This document shows, piece after piece, positions 41,601 to 49,870 of a stretch of DNA of 64,000 nucleotides; within the stretch, counting starts at the first letter, position 1; each line of letters opens with the position of its first letter. The DNA lies in IMG/VR virus record IMGVR_UViG_3300045988_179014, positions 128,001-192,000 of that record, one strand, 5' to 3'. Below the pieces are notes generated by a model, which was given only the letters and a program-made list of their open reading frames with translations, searched no databases and had not been told where the DNA came from. This DNA is from a virus. The position numbers and the translations under genes were made by a program.

Positions 41601-42551
41601 GTCTGATGTATCCAGGATGGAGTTTAGTGTAGCTGAAGTCGCTCCTTCAAAAAACCCAGTGAACATGCCACCAATAGCGCCCAGAACATCACCATTGGAA
41701 ATACTGTTGGAGAAATTCGTCGCAGCACGGTCAACACCACCAGCTATACCATTAGCAATAGCTGTGACAGACATTGTAAGATTATCCATGAAACCGAAAT
41801 TTGACAATGCTCTAGCTGCTGTCATCACTTTTACATGGTCCCATTCACCCAAATAATTGGTGAATTTCATGTTGTAACCAAAAGTTTCTAGTGCTGTGTA
41901 TTTCACTGTTCTGGCACTAGGGTCTACCGGAGCACCACCACCAGGAAGATTACTGGGCAGACCAAACCAGGCAGCATCCAATGTAGCATTTTCCACTTCC
42001 GCATATTGTGGTCCAGTTCGTGCAATAAATCCCAAAAGGTCCTGAAATAGTTCAGTTCCAAGATTTGGTACATCACAGTTGTGGTATAGAGGAGTTCCAG
42101 CAGTTGAAATGTTTACATCACAGTTTTTACCTGAACCGTTGATACCGTTTGGTGCTCCTCCGGCTGCTGAACCAGTGCTTGTTTCGTTCATATACGAAGT
42201 AGTCAAGATTCGTTGAATTACTGAAGCAAAAGTATTGGTTTCTCGTGTTGCTCCACCTTCTTTGTCGAATTTATCCATTGTGGAGTAAAACGAGTCTTCA
42301 GGGTTGTCTTTTTTTACAATGTATGAGTCAGCAGCTTTGTTGATTTTGTCTTTAGCATCGTTTTCGTCAGCAAATGCGGTCTTGGAGGAATTAACGAAAA
42401 CAGAAGTTATGGTAACGATTAAGAATAAAACGGCCAAGGCCCCGCTGAGAAGCGATTTAAGGGCAGCACGAAAACGAGTGGTACCTTGGGTGGGATGACT
42501 CCCGAACCCCATGTAGGAGGCACCTTTAGACTGTTTACGTGAGGTTTGCAT
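38532..42551 (-). CDS. Giant polytopic membrane protein, paralogue B (1339 aa)
   Basis: N-terminal signal/TM, about 600-aa ectodomain, TM cluster of at least 8 helices, Gly-rich ATGAIGGYLSGG, C-terminal coiled coil. Shares NWALYQ, FYRLVDLQAG and WRVFAFNSWVHGQWGT blocks with paralogue A. Confidence 0.7.
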   Translation of the reverse strand: MQTSRKQSKGASYMGFGSHPTQGTTRFRAALKSLLSGALAVLFLIVTITSVFVNSSKTAFADENDAKDKINKAADSYIVKKDNPEDSFYSTMDKFDKEGGATRETNTFASVIQRILTTSYMNETSTGSAAGGAPNGINGSGKNCDVNISTAGTPLYHNCDVPNLGTELFQDLLGFIARTGPQYAEVENATLDAAWFGLPSNLPGGGAPVDPSARTVKYTALETFGYNMKFTNYLGEWDHVKVMTAARALSNFGFMDNLTMSVTAIANGIAGGVDRAATNFSNSISNGDVLGAIGGMFTGFFEGATSATLNSILDTSDLNVFNTYAWYRIGYGGTLYQARELTSTEVAANAKSQLINMLSNSSPDKSKVPDDLQSIQGGPPAPKEAIAQCTFVNSSGSNEAWGNTSIAPGPTEDECKTAAKAAYDTRQAGSNPPANDNADYVWSKDGTQKAETLAAWKEANKTLFDAAEKYGISCTLDTDENNRATNLATFNACWPDAWDKAAEKAQKSSQTESNDKWIKEQLTEAKLREWVQADPSRNFNAPWNRFVCTDAKGKDIKDGPNPVMLYDHNGNLNPKCQATRPPIQDGFFGNGYVNGQEKPGLDTRYGLVDKSIFSSLIPMSSITTSLASMGLGVSIFFTRVSNTVINLSFSPVFETLGLDNLVVKLIGGFRDSVFFPLVAFAVAIAGLMALWSAGKNKDYKRQAVSLLLMTGTIMTGVFLMYRPEQTLKMIDGVPAQVEAAVIGSIYSVGNSEGDEVCTASGTVATDKNVGLDGRTLDYGPHESTRRLMCENWRVFAFNSWVHGQWGTNFDHLYASNTNYPNRMNNTNGSLVGDASINMGGGVTVKNWALYQLQTTSSGTASHPDPSRPSGNIDRNFYRLVDLQAGPNGGAGTDGRYLNTWAGKDMGARMQVGMLSPLVSGLGMVTVLAYTITKIQIVFVTLIMLLILPLMFLIGIHPTQGRMKLKGYVGTIIGLVIQRIVLVLVMAVMFRVLVGFGNASTNYLLNSLMLVVTCLIFLRLKKPILTMIFDGISAKMGAPVGGQFVSDPDGWRRKHTLERGGLISNALARTGTTVSGLATGAIGGYLSGGVKGMAAGAKESAKYELASLRNKQRRRGFRIAETALKAAKQGKEDTQKKLREHDDFKATSNEVLKGTKAYQDYERELEAWHKLEDADVDGRKIKIDAEGHEVMKPKAPSMKSGSMSRTTRRIAKATELQQSLDAKKAKFESETYAESSNLERAAQRINDFHEDRNAVMEHIDEARETRSESETPRQTRQRKRIQAQQERLDKKMAHLSKTEDRFHQRDMMVEQLNGLFARARASEKQAKERIEDRGGKSDDN

Positions 42552-42585
42552 ATACCTCGTCTCCCCTTGTGTGAGTTATCATCAT

Positions 42586-43197
42586 TCAAGCTTTATTACC
42601 AGACATATCTTTATCGTTTATAGCATAGAGAATTGCTTTACATGTATCAGGTCGATTTCCGCAGAACAAACAATCGTAATTGTATTTTTTTGATTTTTGT
42701 TCATAATAATTGTCATAGGTTTTAATTTTTCGAAAACCTAAACAATACAACAAATCTTCATTACCAATAAGCGGAACACCAGGTTCATCGTCTCGGTCAT
42801 TGGTATTGGGTGTTTTCAAAATCATTTCAACACGGTCAACGCCATATGAAGACATTTTTCGTAATGCTCCAAAAGTCAGCAATGTTCCAAATCCTTCTCG
42901 ACGATATGGAGTGGAAACGCATACTGCATCAATAACACCTGTGACATAGGTTTTCCCACCTGTCAAGCGTGTATTGTGGAAGTGGTAGAGCACAAAACCG
43001 ATAAATGCCCCATCCGAAATTTTAATCATCAAGTGATAAGTGTGGGAATAGTTGAAAAGAGACTTAAGCACACCAAGCCCTAACGATTCATTCGCTATCT
43101 TCTTGATTTCCACGGGCAAAGAAGCGTAAGTCAGTTTTGCACTCATCCCATCACTCTTTCTCAATAAAATGTTGTGAACAGGACAAATATCAGTCAC
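42586..43197 (-). CDS. GNAT-family N-acetyltransferase with C-terminal Cys cluster
   Basis: VCVSTPYRREGFGTLLTFGALRKMS (GNAT motif A-like). C-terminal CLFCGNRPDTC. Confidence 0.6.
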   Translation of the reverse strand: MTDICPVHNILLRKSDGMSAKLTYASLPVEIKKIANESLGLGVLKSLFNYSHTYHLMIKISDGAFIGFVLYHFHNTRLTGGKTYVTGVIDAVCVSTPYRREGFGTLLTFGALRKMSSYGVDRVEMILKTPNTNDRDDEPGVPLIGNEDLLYCLGFRKIKTYDNYYEQKSKKYNYDCLFCGNRPDTCKAILYAINDKDMSGNKA

Positions 43198-43199
43198 TA

Positions 43200-43661
43200 T
43201 CAGCTGTCATCATCATCCAAAAATGGGTTGTAATCCTCATTTTGTATGTTGCGAATTGATGCTGTTGACGGTTTTCTCATAGAGTTTTTGGAAATGTTCT
43301 TTGATTTTTCATATATTGGAACATCGCGCCAATTGTCTTTGGTAATGATTCCGGTCTCTCCATTCAAAACATCCCAACGGAATTTCCAAAGTGCTTTCAC
43401 CTTCTTGGCGAGAGTAACCACAAGTCTAGGACGGGAAGGTACCACTGAATCGCCCACTTTGTAACCTGCCCAATCTCTTGCTTCCACCATGAACAAATCA
43501 GAAATACCAAACTCGCCTTTGTTTACCATTTCCTCCATGGAAACATCTATCAGACTGTTAATGACATCTTCAACCACATCCACACGAATGTTGGCCTGGC
43601 GGGCTACTCGTTGTACCAAATCTCTTTTGCTTCGACGTTTTCTCATAAATATTTTGTCCAT
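43200..43661 (-). CDS. Divergent HU/IHF-fold DNA-binding protein with acidic SSB-like tail
   Basis: RDLVQRVARQANIRVDVVEDVINSLIDV... resembles the HU N-terminus and arm region. Tail EDYNPFLDDDDS. Confidence 0.45.
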   Translation of the reverse strand: MDKIFMRKRRSKRDLVQRVARQANIRVDVVEDVINSLIDVSMEEMVNKGEFGISDLFMVEARDWAGYKVGDSVVPSRPRLVVTLAKKVKALWKFRWDVLNGETGIITKDNWRDVPIYEKSKNISKNSMRKPSTASIRNIQNEDYNPFLDDDDS

Positions 43662-43664
43662 TCT

Positions 43665-44117
43665 TTATTGAGTGAAAGAGCCTACGCCATAGAACACAGC
43701 TGTACGCGCCCATGTAAGAACACACTGTTGAATATGTTCTCGAAAATCTGCTAGTTTAACTGACTCATCACGTTTTTCATCATCAATTTCCCAACCGTCT
43801 CGTGTTTGAAGAAGTTTGGTTGTTGATGTACGAGCTTTCGGGCTGGGAAGAGTTATTTCCACACCTTTTTGGGGGGAATTCACTTTAATGGTCATTCGGT
43901 CTGACATATCCCATGGAAGCCGAGCCATTTCAGACACTTTGCGTCGTAACTGATTCCGAGAATGATACATAATAATGTCATGGTCGTCAGTATTTAAATA
44001 TACATTCCATTTTTTACTTGCAATTTCAAATTCATCTTCCATGGTCTGGTCAATGATTTCTGTGAAGTTGGTTTCTAGCTTCAGGTGTACTAGCATTTTG
44101 CTGTTGTCAATCTTCAC
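43665..44117 (-). CDS. Hypothetical protein (150 aa)
   Basis: ORF in the tiling. Confidence 0.45.
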   Translation of the reverse strand: MKIDNSKMLVHLKLETNFTEIIDQTMEDEFEIASKKWNVYLNTDDHDIIMYHSRNQLRRKVSEMARLPWDMSDRMTIKVNSPQKGVEITLPSPKARTSTTKLLQTRDGWEIDDEKRDESVKLADFREHIQQCVLTWARTAVFYGVGSFTQ

Positions 44118-44174
44118 GAGTCCTCACTATGATGTGTAAAAATGTCCTGACCTGCGCTTATTTTACCAATGGGA

Positions 44175-44208
44175 AAGGGGCCACTCCTAGATAATGGAGT
44201 GGCCCCTT
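44175..44208 (-). terminator. Strong hairpin (13-bp stem AAGGGGCCACTCC/GGAGTGGCCCCTT) immediately downstream of the HU gene
   Basis: Perfect GC-rich inverted repeat with a 7-nt loop, located 20 nt past the HU stop in the transcription direction. Confidence 0.55.
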
Positions 44209-44228
44209 GTAATCCGAAAAGATGTCAA

Positions 44229-44525
44229 TTAGTTTTCTTTATCTTCAGCCATCTTGTCTCGGAATTTCTTCAGAGGATGAATTCGCACAGTACGTTTTTC
44301 TGGCGCTTCAAGGTCCTCACCAGTGCGTGGGTTTTTCATGATGCGAGCTGACCGGATGCTTGGGGAGAAAGCAGCAAATCCGCTTACTTTGACTTCACGA
44401 CCTTCTGACACATGTTGCATTACACTATCTTGAAAAACATTGATGAAACGTTCAATCTCTGCTTTTGGTTTTTTCATTTCTTCAGCAATTTCGGCAATCA
44501 GGTCAGGTTTGTTGATGACTGGCAT
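44229..44525 (-). CDS. HU-family nucleoid protein
   Basis: RNPRTGEDLEAPEKRTVRIHPLKKFRDKM aligns with HU [27 protein letters not shown]. 98 aa. Confidence 0.8.
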   Translation of the reverse strand: MPVINKPDLIAEIAEEMKKPKAEIERFINVFQDSVMQHVSEGREVKVSGFAAFSPSIRSARIMKNPRTGEDLEAPEKRTVRIHPLKKFRDKMAEDKEN

Positions 44526-44601
44526 GGCAGCTCCTAAAAATAGCTTGATTCAACAGCGTCAGGTGTGGTAGTTGTTATGACAAATATCAAGAAATACGGG
44601 T

Positions 44602-44958
44602 TTATCGGTTCTTATTGAAGAATGTTTTCCGAGCACGTCTAGGTGAACTTGATGATTCTACTCGCGCATCACGTAAAATGGCTTGCATACTGGCATCACC
44701 ACCACTTACATCATCATCCATCTCAAACATAGAAGGGCCGTCATCATCATCTTCCTTTTCATCGGTTTCTTCAGTTGCCGGCTCCATCCCGATTTCTGCC
44801 AATGTGGGCAAACTCTCATTTGAGTATTTGTAACGGTCACGAATGGTTTTAATCAAGAACCATAGAAATAACAGCACAATTCCAGCAACAACAACTGCTA
44901 GTACTGTAGCTATTATCTGACGTAAAGCAAAAACAGATTCCAACAGTACATTCAACAT
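44602..44958 (-). CDS. Small membrane protein with acidic C-terminus
   Basis: One TM (IIATVLAVVVAGIVLLFLWFLI) followed by an acidic tail. Confidence 0.45.
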   Translation of the reverse strand: MLNVLLESVFALRQIIATVLAVVVAGIVLLFLWFLIKTIRDRYKYSNESLPTLAEIGMEPATEETDEKEDDDDGPSMFEMDDDVSGGDASMQAILRDARVESSSSPRRARKTFFNKNR

Positions 44959-46055
44959 TACATTTTCTCCATTTTTCCACCAACGAACAACGGCAGATAT
45001 CGTTCTGGTTTAATATGTTTTTTCTGAGCACGAATATTCTTCAAAGTTTGCTCCCTGTTGAATTGTTCAAAATTTGTCCCATCTTCCGAAGCAAGAAACG
45101 AATAAAATGGACCATGAACATCTTTCAACAAGTCTTTCCAACGATTGGAAACATTTTTGTATTCAGCAGGTGGCAAAGAAGCAGCAATACCAGCCAAATA
45201 TGGAGGAATGTTAGCATAATTCAAATCAGACAACAGAACCGCTTTGGCCGTGTCGGTAAAATTCCATGATTCGAAAAATACTCCAAACGGGGTCTCCACA
45301 AAAGGTGTTTGAAAATTCTGGGACAAGGTTACATCTGCATGATAATCTTCCAATGGGTCCAGAAGATTCACATGATTCAAGTTCTGTTCAAAATTTTCCT
45401 GCTCCTCAACCAGCTCTAATGTCATATTACGATTGACAGCATACGGTTTGTTACTTTTCTCCAACCGTCCATTCATGGTTTTCAAATCAGCTTTTCCAGA
45501 ATGAAAATATGCCAAGACTTCTTCGTTTGTAGCATATCGTCCCATTTCTTCAGACATTTTCTTGCGTACAGCTGAAATCTTCTTGTATCGCTGGAAACGC
45601 GAAGGAGCAACGCCAAACGGTGCCTCTATAACTGATAGTTCTTTCTTGGCATATGTGATAATCCATTGAAACAAATAATTGGTGGATGATTTGTTCAGTT
45701 TGTCCACATCAAAATGCCGCAACCCTTTAATCATTCCATTGATACCTGCGTAATATAAAACAGTGAACAAATTATCGTCTTTGCCGTTCAAGTGAGAATT
45801 TTTGATTAATTTGTTGATTTCACGGGTTATGAGCGGACCAGCCAAAGAAGCAATACGATTCACCACCAAATCCCTGAGACGCGACTGTGTTTCTAATGCG
45901 TTTCGTAATCCTGGGTCTAAATCAGGTTCCAGTAATTGTTCCAAAGCCCTGTCACCCATATGAAACAATGGAACATAATATATGAGAGCTTCTACAGTAA
46001 TACGGTCATTGGAGTTTTTACTTGTATGGAGTTTGGATTGTTTGGTAACATTCAT
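44958..46055 (-). CDS. Sigma-70-family factor (divergent)
   Basis: TNYLFQWIITYAKKELSVIEAPFGVAPSRFQRYKKISAVRKKMSEEMGRYATNEEVLAYF resembles sigma regions 2.4-3. Confidence 0.5.
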   Translation of the reverse strand: MNVTKQSKLHTSKNSNDRITVEALIYYVPLFHMGDRALEQLLEPDLDPGLRNALETQSRLRDLVVNRIASLAGPLITREINKLIKNSHLNGKDDNLFTVLYYAGINGMIKGLRHFDVDKLNKSSTNYLFQWIITYAKKELSVIEAPFGVAPSRFQRYKKISAVRKKMSEEMGRYATNEEVLAYFHSGKADLKTMNGRLEKSNKPYAVNRNMTLELVEEQENFEQNLNHVNLLDPLEDYHADVTLSQNFQTPFVETPFGVFFESWNFTDTAKAVLLSDLNYANIPPYLAGIAASLPPAEYKNVSNRWKDLLKDVHGPFYSFLASEDGTNFEQFNREQTLKNIRAQKKHIKPERYLPLFVGGKMEKM

Positions 46056-47296
46056 ATACTGCGTCCCCCTGTTATGGGGCTGGTTGGTAGTCTTCTGGTA
46101 CTAGAGTTGGAAGACGTAGAAATAGGATTGTCTTTCGAAACGGAAGCAGACGAGTTAACTTTCCGAGCTGGATGGCGTACACTTCTTTCTGATGTCAAGA
46201 AACGTTCAGGATTGACACCATGATTCGCAAACTGAACCCGCAACGCATCAGACATGTTTCCCTCCTTGTAAAAAGCATCCTTATTGCTGTCATACAAATA
46301 CAGTGGTTGAGTTGTGATTTTGGCATCCTCACCTGTACCTAATGTTGGAACAATCTCTTGAATATGGCTCACTCGGTGTTGCCCATTACGAAGAAGTACC
46401 AATTGCACAATAATGTCCACAGCATTGGCGATGTCAGTGTTGATAGCACGTACTGGCACATTTGGACGACCTTCAGTAGCAAAATTGGTCATTTTACGTA
46501 AACAAGCAACCGGGTCATCGGCGTGAATAGTGGTCAATGAACCTTCCATACCAGAGTTAGCAGCAGTAAGAAAATCAGCGAACTCTTTACCACGAGTTTC
46601 ACCAATGATTAATCTATCTGTTCTCATACGTTGAAACTGTTGAACAACCCATGACAGGGAGGCAACACTATTGGGGTCCAAACCAGGCTGTGCGGGAACT
46701 GAATGCAAATATGACACGTTTGGTTGTGGTAATACCAGTTCAGGGGTATCTTCAGCAACACCAATACGAACATTTGTTGGAATGAGGTTCGCCATTGCCT
46801 CCAACATGGTTGTTTTACCTGCACCAGTCGCTCCACTGAATGTTATTGTACGGCTCGCTTGCATAGCTGCTATCAAAAATGCCATCATTTCGTCGCTCAT
46901 AGACCCCCGAGCGGCTAAATCCTCCAACTTCCGTAATGAAGTAGATTTCTTGGCGATAGTAACTTGTGGGTAATCAGTGGATGGTGGAAGAACAATATGG
47001 CACCGTCCTCGAATTTCTTGCCCATCCACACTGAAAAACAATCTACCCTCAAACAAAAAACCATTAGGGTCGTATTTTGTCAGATTGCTTTTCACAAATG
47101 GAATCAGACCTTCTTCAATTCCTCTAGCATAATCCGATTCAGAAGACCTACCAATACTTATCTGACTGCGTTGACCATTTCGTTTGAGAAAAAATTGTCC
47201 TGGACCATTAGACTCTATTTCGGACACATCCGCTTCCAACAACAAATTGAAACAACGGTTCCATTCAGACACTTTGCTGATACTGTACATATTCAT
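46052..47296 (-). CDS. VirB11/CpaF/TadA-type secretion ATPase
   Basis: Walker A SGATGAGKTT. Asp box VAEDTPEL. Walker B LIIGETRG. His box GSLTTIHAD. Confidence 0.8.
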   Translation of the reverse strand: MNMYSISKVSEWNRCFNLLLEADVSEIESNGPGQFFLKRNGQRSQISIGRSSESDYARGIEEGLIPFVKSNLTKYDPNGFLFEGRLFFSVDGQEIRGRCHIVLPPSTDYPQVTIAKKSTSLRKLEDLAARGSMSDEMMAFLIAAMQASRTITFSGATGAGKTTMLEAMANLIPTNVRIGVAEDTPELVLPQPNVSYLHSVPAQPGLDPNSVASLSWVVQQFQRMRTDRLIIGETRGKEFADFLTAANSGMEGSLTTIHADDPVACLRKMTNFATEGRPNVPVRAINTDIANAVDIIVQLVLLRNGQHRVSHIQEIVPTLGTGEDAKITTQPLYLYDSNKDAFYKEGNMSDALRVQFANHGVNPERFLTSERSVRHPARKVNSSASVSKDNPISTSSNSSTRRLPTSPITGGRSI

Positions 47297-47365
47297 TAGG
47301 TCCAGTTCCTCTCAATTGTTGTCAACAAAGCGCTAATATCGGTCGTTTCACCAAATAAAAACATA

Positions 47366-49654
47366 TTATTTCAATGTTTGAAGCTCTACCACTTTATCCG
47401 CTATCGCATCAATGGAATCATTATGTGCAATTAGAATAACCTGCCCTTGACAGACTTCTTTGATAGTGGAAAGAATAAGTTCAGCACGGTTGGCGTCTTG
47501 GGAAACCAAAACTTCATCAAGAATAATGAGATTACGCGACGCTCCACCATTCAACAACATGGAAATGGACAAACGTAACGCCATTGCTGCTGCTGACAAT
47601 TCTCCACCTGAAAGAAGACCAACAGCTCGTTCAGTCCCATCAGCCAACATAACAGTTGCCTTGAATTGTGCATCCAGTTTCAACCTAGTAAACTTACCCT
47701 CTGTAAATCGGTTGAGAAGGTCTGAAGCATAAATCTCAATAACAGGAATGGAATTGGTGATACGGTCCTCTCGGAATTCCTCAATCACTTTTGTTGTGGT
47801 GGCAGCTAATTCAACACTTTTCAAAACTGCACGATGTTTGTTCAGTTGCTCCTCATAAGATGCAACCTGACGGCTCAAATTGTCAAAACGTTCTTTGGCA
47901 ACATTCAAATCAATTCGTGCTGTTGCCAAATTTGCAGCCTTGGATTTTTCAAGTTCCAAATTCTTGTCCAAAACTGCGCGTAATTTCTCCAAGGACTGTG
48001 GTGTTACAGAACCTGTCGATTTCAATTTGTCCCGACCATTCTGAAGCCGTTTCTCAACTATCTCGATTTCTCGTGACAATGTTTGAGCACGTTCCAACAA
48101 TCGGTCATACTCTGCTTTTACACTTGCCTGCTGTTTCGCTTCATTATATGCATCTTCCAAAGTTGTTAACTGTGTTTCAATTCTTTGGATAGATGTTAAT
48201 GTATTATCGAGATTTTCACGAAGTGTTGATTCCTCTTGAGTTTCCAGCACTTTCAAAGCATCAATCAGAAGTTCAAATTTCTCTATTGCCGTTTCACTTC
48301 TGTCAAGGGCATGTTCCAACTCAATACGTTTTACCCGTAATGTCTCTACTTGTTCCTGTGCATGGATTATCTCTGTCTGCAATGTTTCAACCACTGTGGA
48401 AACATCATCCACGTGCTGAAGACAAGTAGGACAAGCACCATTTTCTCTTTGAAGCACTGTAATGGCTTTTTCCAGTTTTTTGATATCAGACGAATGAGCA
48501 GCACAAGTTGAATCCAGTGTACGAATTTGTTGTTCCAACACACTCACACGTTTGACGGCTTTATCCAATCCTGTAGTAGCACTGTCCAAATCTTTGATTG
48601 ATGATTTGTCCACAAGTTGTTGTGCTTCTGAACGAGAATCACAGATGTTTTTCAATAAACGCTCTAAATCAGACTTTTCAATGTCCAATGAACGTAATTC
48701 ATGTTTCAATCCATTAATTTGTGATTCCAGTTCTGTTAAATCCGTATTCCCCAATAAATGATTAAGCTGTTTCTTTTTTGCCTCTTTTTCTTTAATAATC
48801 ATGGCAAAAGTTGTCTGCATTGATTCTAATTTGGCTTGAAGTGTGGCAATCCCATGACGAACTTCTTCCATCGAAGCAACTTGCTCTGCTTTTACATGTA
48901 TTTCATCACGTAATTTGTTTACTTTTGCAGAGATTGTGTCATGTGTTGTAACTGCTTTTGCTTCAATACTTTGAGTCTTATGGAAGATGGCAGCTTGTTT
49001 CTCCAACTCCTGACGTAATTGGTTCAGTTCTTCTTCGCTGACATCAGAAAGAGCAGCCGCTTTACGGAGAGTGTTGCTTTCTTGACGGGCATTGTCCAAA
49101 GCTGCGGTAATGGATGAGATACCAGTTAATTTCTCAATAACAAGTGCCCGTTCTCTAGGAGTGGCAGAGACTAAATGGTCCACTTGTTTCTGTTGCACAA
49201 GCACGGAGGCAAGAAATCCTTTTTCATCCATTTTCAAACGTTGCCGAATGTATATTTCAGCATGCGAAACTCCGGGACCGGCCACTTGTTTAGGAGTAAG
49301 ATTCCCATGACCATCATCAGTCAATTCCCACACTTCGCATTCCACCGTACCACTTTTGCTAACCATACGACGTTCAATGAGTAATGGTTGGTCATCAACT
49401 TCAATGTTCAACCGAACGAAGCATTTGTCTTTTCCGAATTTGGCTCCATTGCGATAAATAGCAGCTGTTTTGGATACCCCATGTGGCTTTGTGCCAAACA
49501 GTGCCCATGCGATTGAATCCACAATTGTTGATTTACCTGTACCATTGGCTCCGCTGAGAGCAGTGATTCCATCAGATTCGGGCTCAAAAACCACATGAGA
49601 ATGGGAACGAATATTTGAAAGTTCAACACGTGTGAGTTTAATCATGATGTCCAC
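47366..49654 (-). CDS. sbcC: SbcC/Rad50-family ATPase with CPTC zinc hook
   Basis: N-terminus LSGANGTGKSTIVDSIAWALFG. Central coiled coil with NGACPTC hook. C-terminal LSGGELSAAAMALRLS signature + ILDEV D-loop. Confidence 0.85.
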   Translation of the reverse strand: MDIMIKLTRVELSNIRSHSHVVFEPESDGITALSGANGTGKSTIVDSIAWALFGTKPHGVSKTAAIYRNGAKFGKDKCFVRLNIEVDDQPLLIERRMVSKSGTVECEVWELTDDGHGNLTPKQVAGPGVSHAEIYIRQRLKMDEKGFLASVLVQQKQVDHLVSATPRERALVIEKLTGISSITAALDNARQESNTLRKAAALSDVSEEELNQLRQELEKQAAIFHKTQSIEAKAVTTHDTISAKVNKLRDEIHVKAEQVASMEEVRHGIATLQAKLESMQTTFAMIIKEKEAKKKQLNHLLGNTDLTELESQINGLKHELRSLDIEKSDLERLLKNICDSRSEAQQLVDKSSIKDLDSATTGLDKAVKRVSVLEQQIRTLDSTCAAHSSDIKKLEKAITVLQRENGACPTCLQHVDDVSTVVETLQTEIIHAQEQVETLRVKRIELEHALDRSETAIEKFELLIDALKVLETQEESTLRENLDNTLTSIQRIETQLTTLEDAYNEAKQQASVKAEYDRLLERAQTLSREIEIVEKRLQNGRDKLKSTGSVTPQSLEKLRAVLDKNLELEKSKAANLATARIDLNVAKERFDNLSRQVASYEEQLNKHRAVLKSVELAATTTKVIEEFREDRITNSIPVIEIYASDLLNRFTEGKFTRLKLDAQFKATVMLADGTERAVGLLSGGELSAAAMALRLSISMLLNGGASRNLIILDEVLVSQDANRAELILSTIKEVCQGQVILIAHNDSIDAIADKVVELQTLK

Positions 49655-49704
49655 ATTTTATCAAATTCAGCATTGTTGACTTTTTGCCGGTCAACGCACC
49701 AGAA

Positions 49705-49850
49705 ACGATTTTAAGAGAGGGTTAACAGTTTCCTGATGCAAGTATCACAAACAAGCATTTCCAACAAAACCCCTTGAAAACATGAAAAACGCCCCCGAAT
49801 AAGCTAGGTAGAATCTAACCTATTCAAGAGGCGTTACAGGAGATGATTTT
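49705..49850. promoter_or_regulatory. Copy 3 of dispersed intergenic element (hairpin + T-run + conserved box), immediately upstream of sbcC
   Basis: ACGATTTTAAG...GTTTCCTGATGCAAGTATCACAAACAAGCATTTCC...CTTGAAAACATGAAAAAC + imperfect hairpin + GCGTTACAG. Confidence 0.6.
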
Positions 49851-49870
49851 GGGTTTGAAATAATTACCTA

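Noticed and set aside
35510-42551. Giant membrane proteins as phage tape-measure proteins
   Set aside because: Each has a cluster of at least 8 predicted TM helices and a large ectodomain with a signal peptide, which is atypical for tape-measure proteins. Left open as an alternative in the envelope-machinery finding rather than called.
47366-49654. Calling the SbcC homologue part of a Lamassu/Wadjet-type SMC defence system
   Set aside because: No partner genes of those systems (LmuA/JetABD-like) are adjacent. Architecture and the zinc hook fit SbcC/Rad50, so it was kept as an orphan-SbcC observation only.
11625-49850. Possibility that the three conserved intergenic elements are CRISPR repeats or IS terminal inverted repeats
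   Set aside because: The copies are 17-21 kb apart, about 110-150 bp long, and carry a hairpin + T-run in intergenic positions with no transposase between them. This fits regulatory cassettes, not an array or a mobile insertion.
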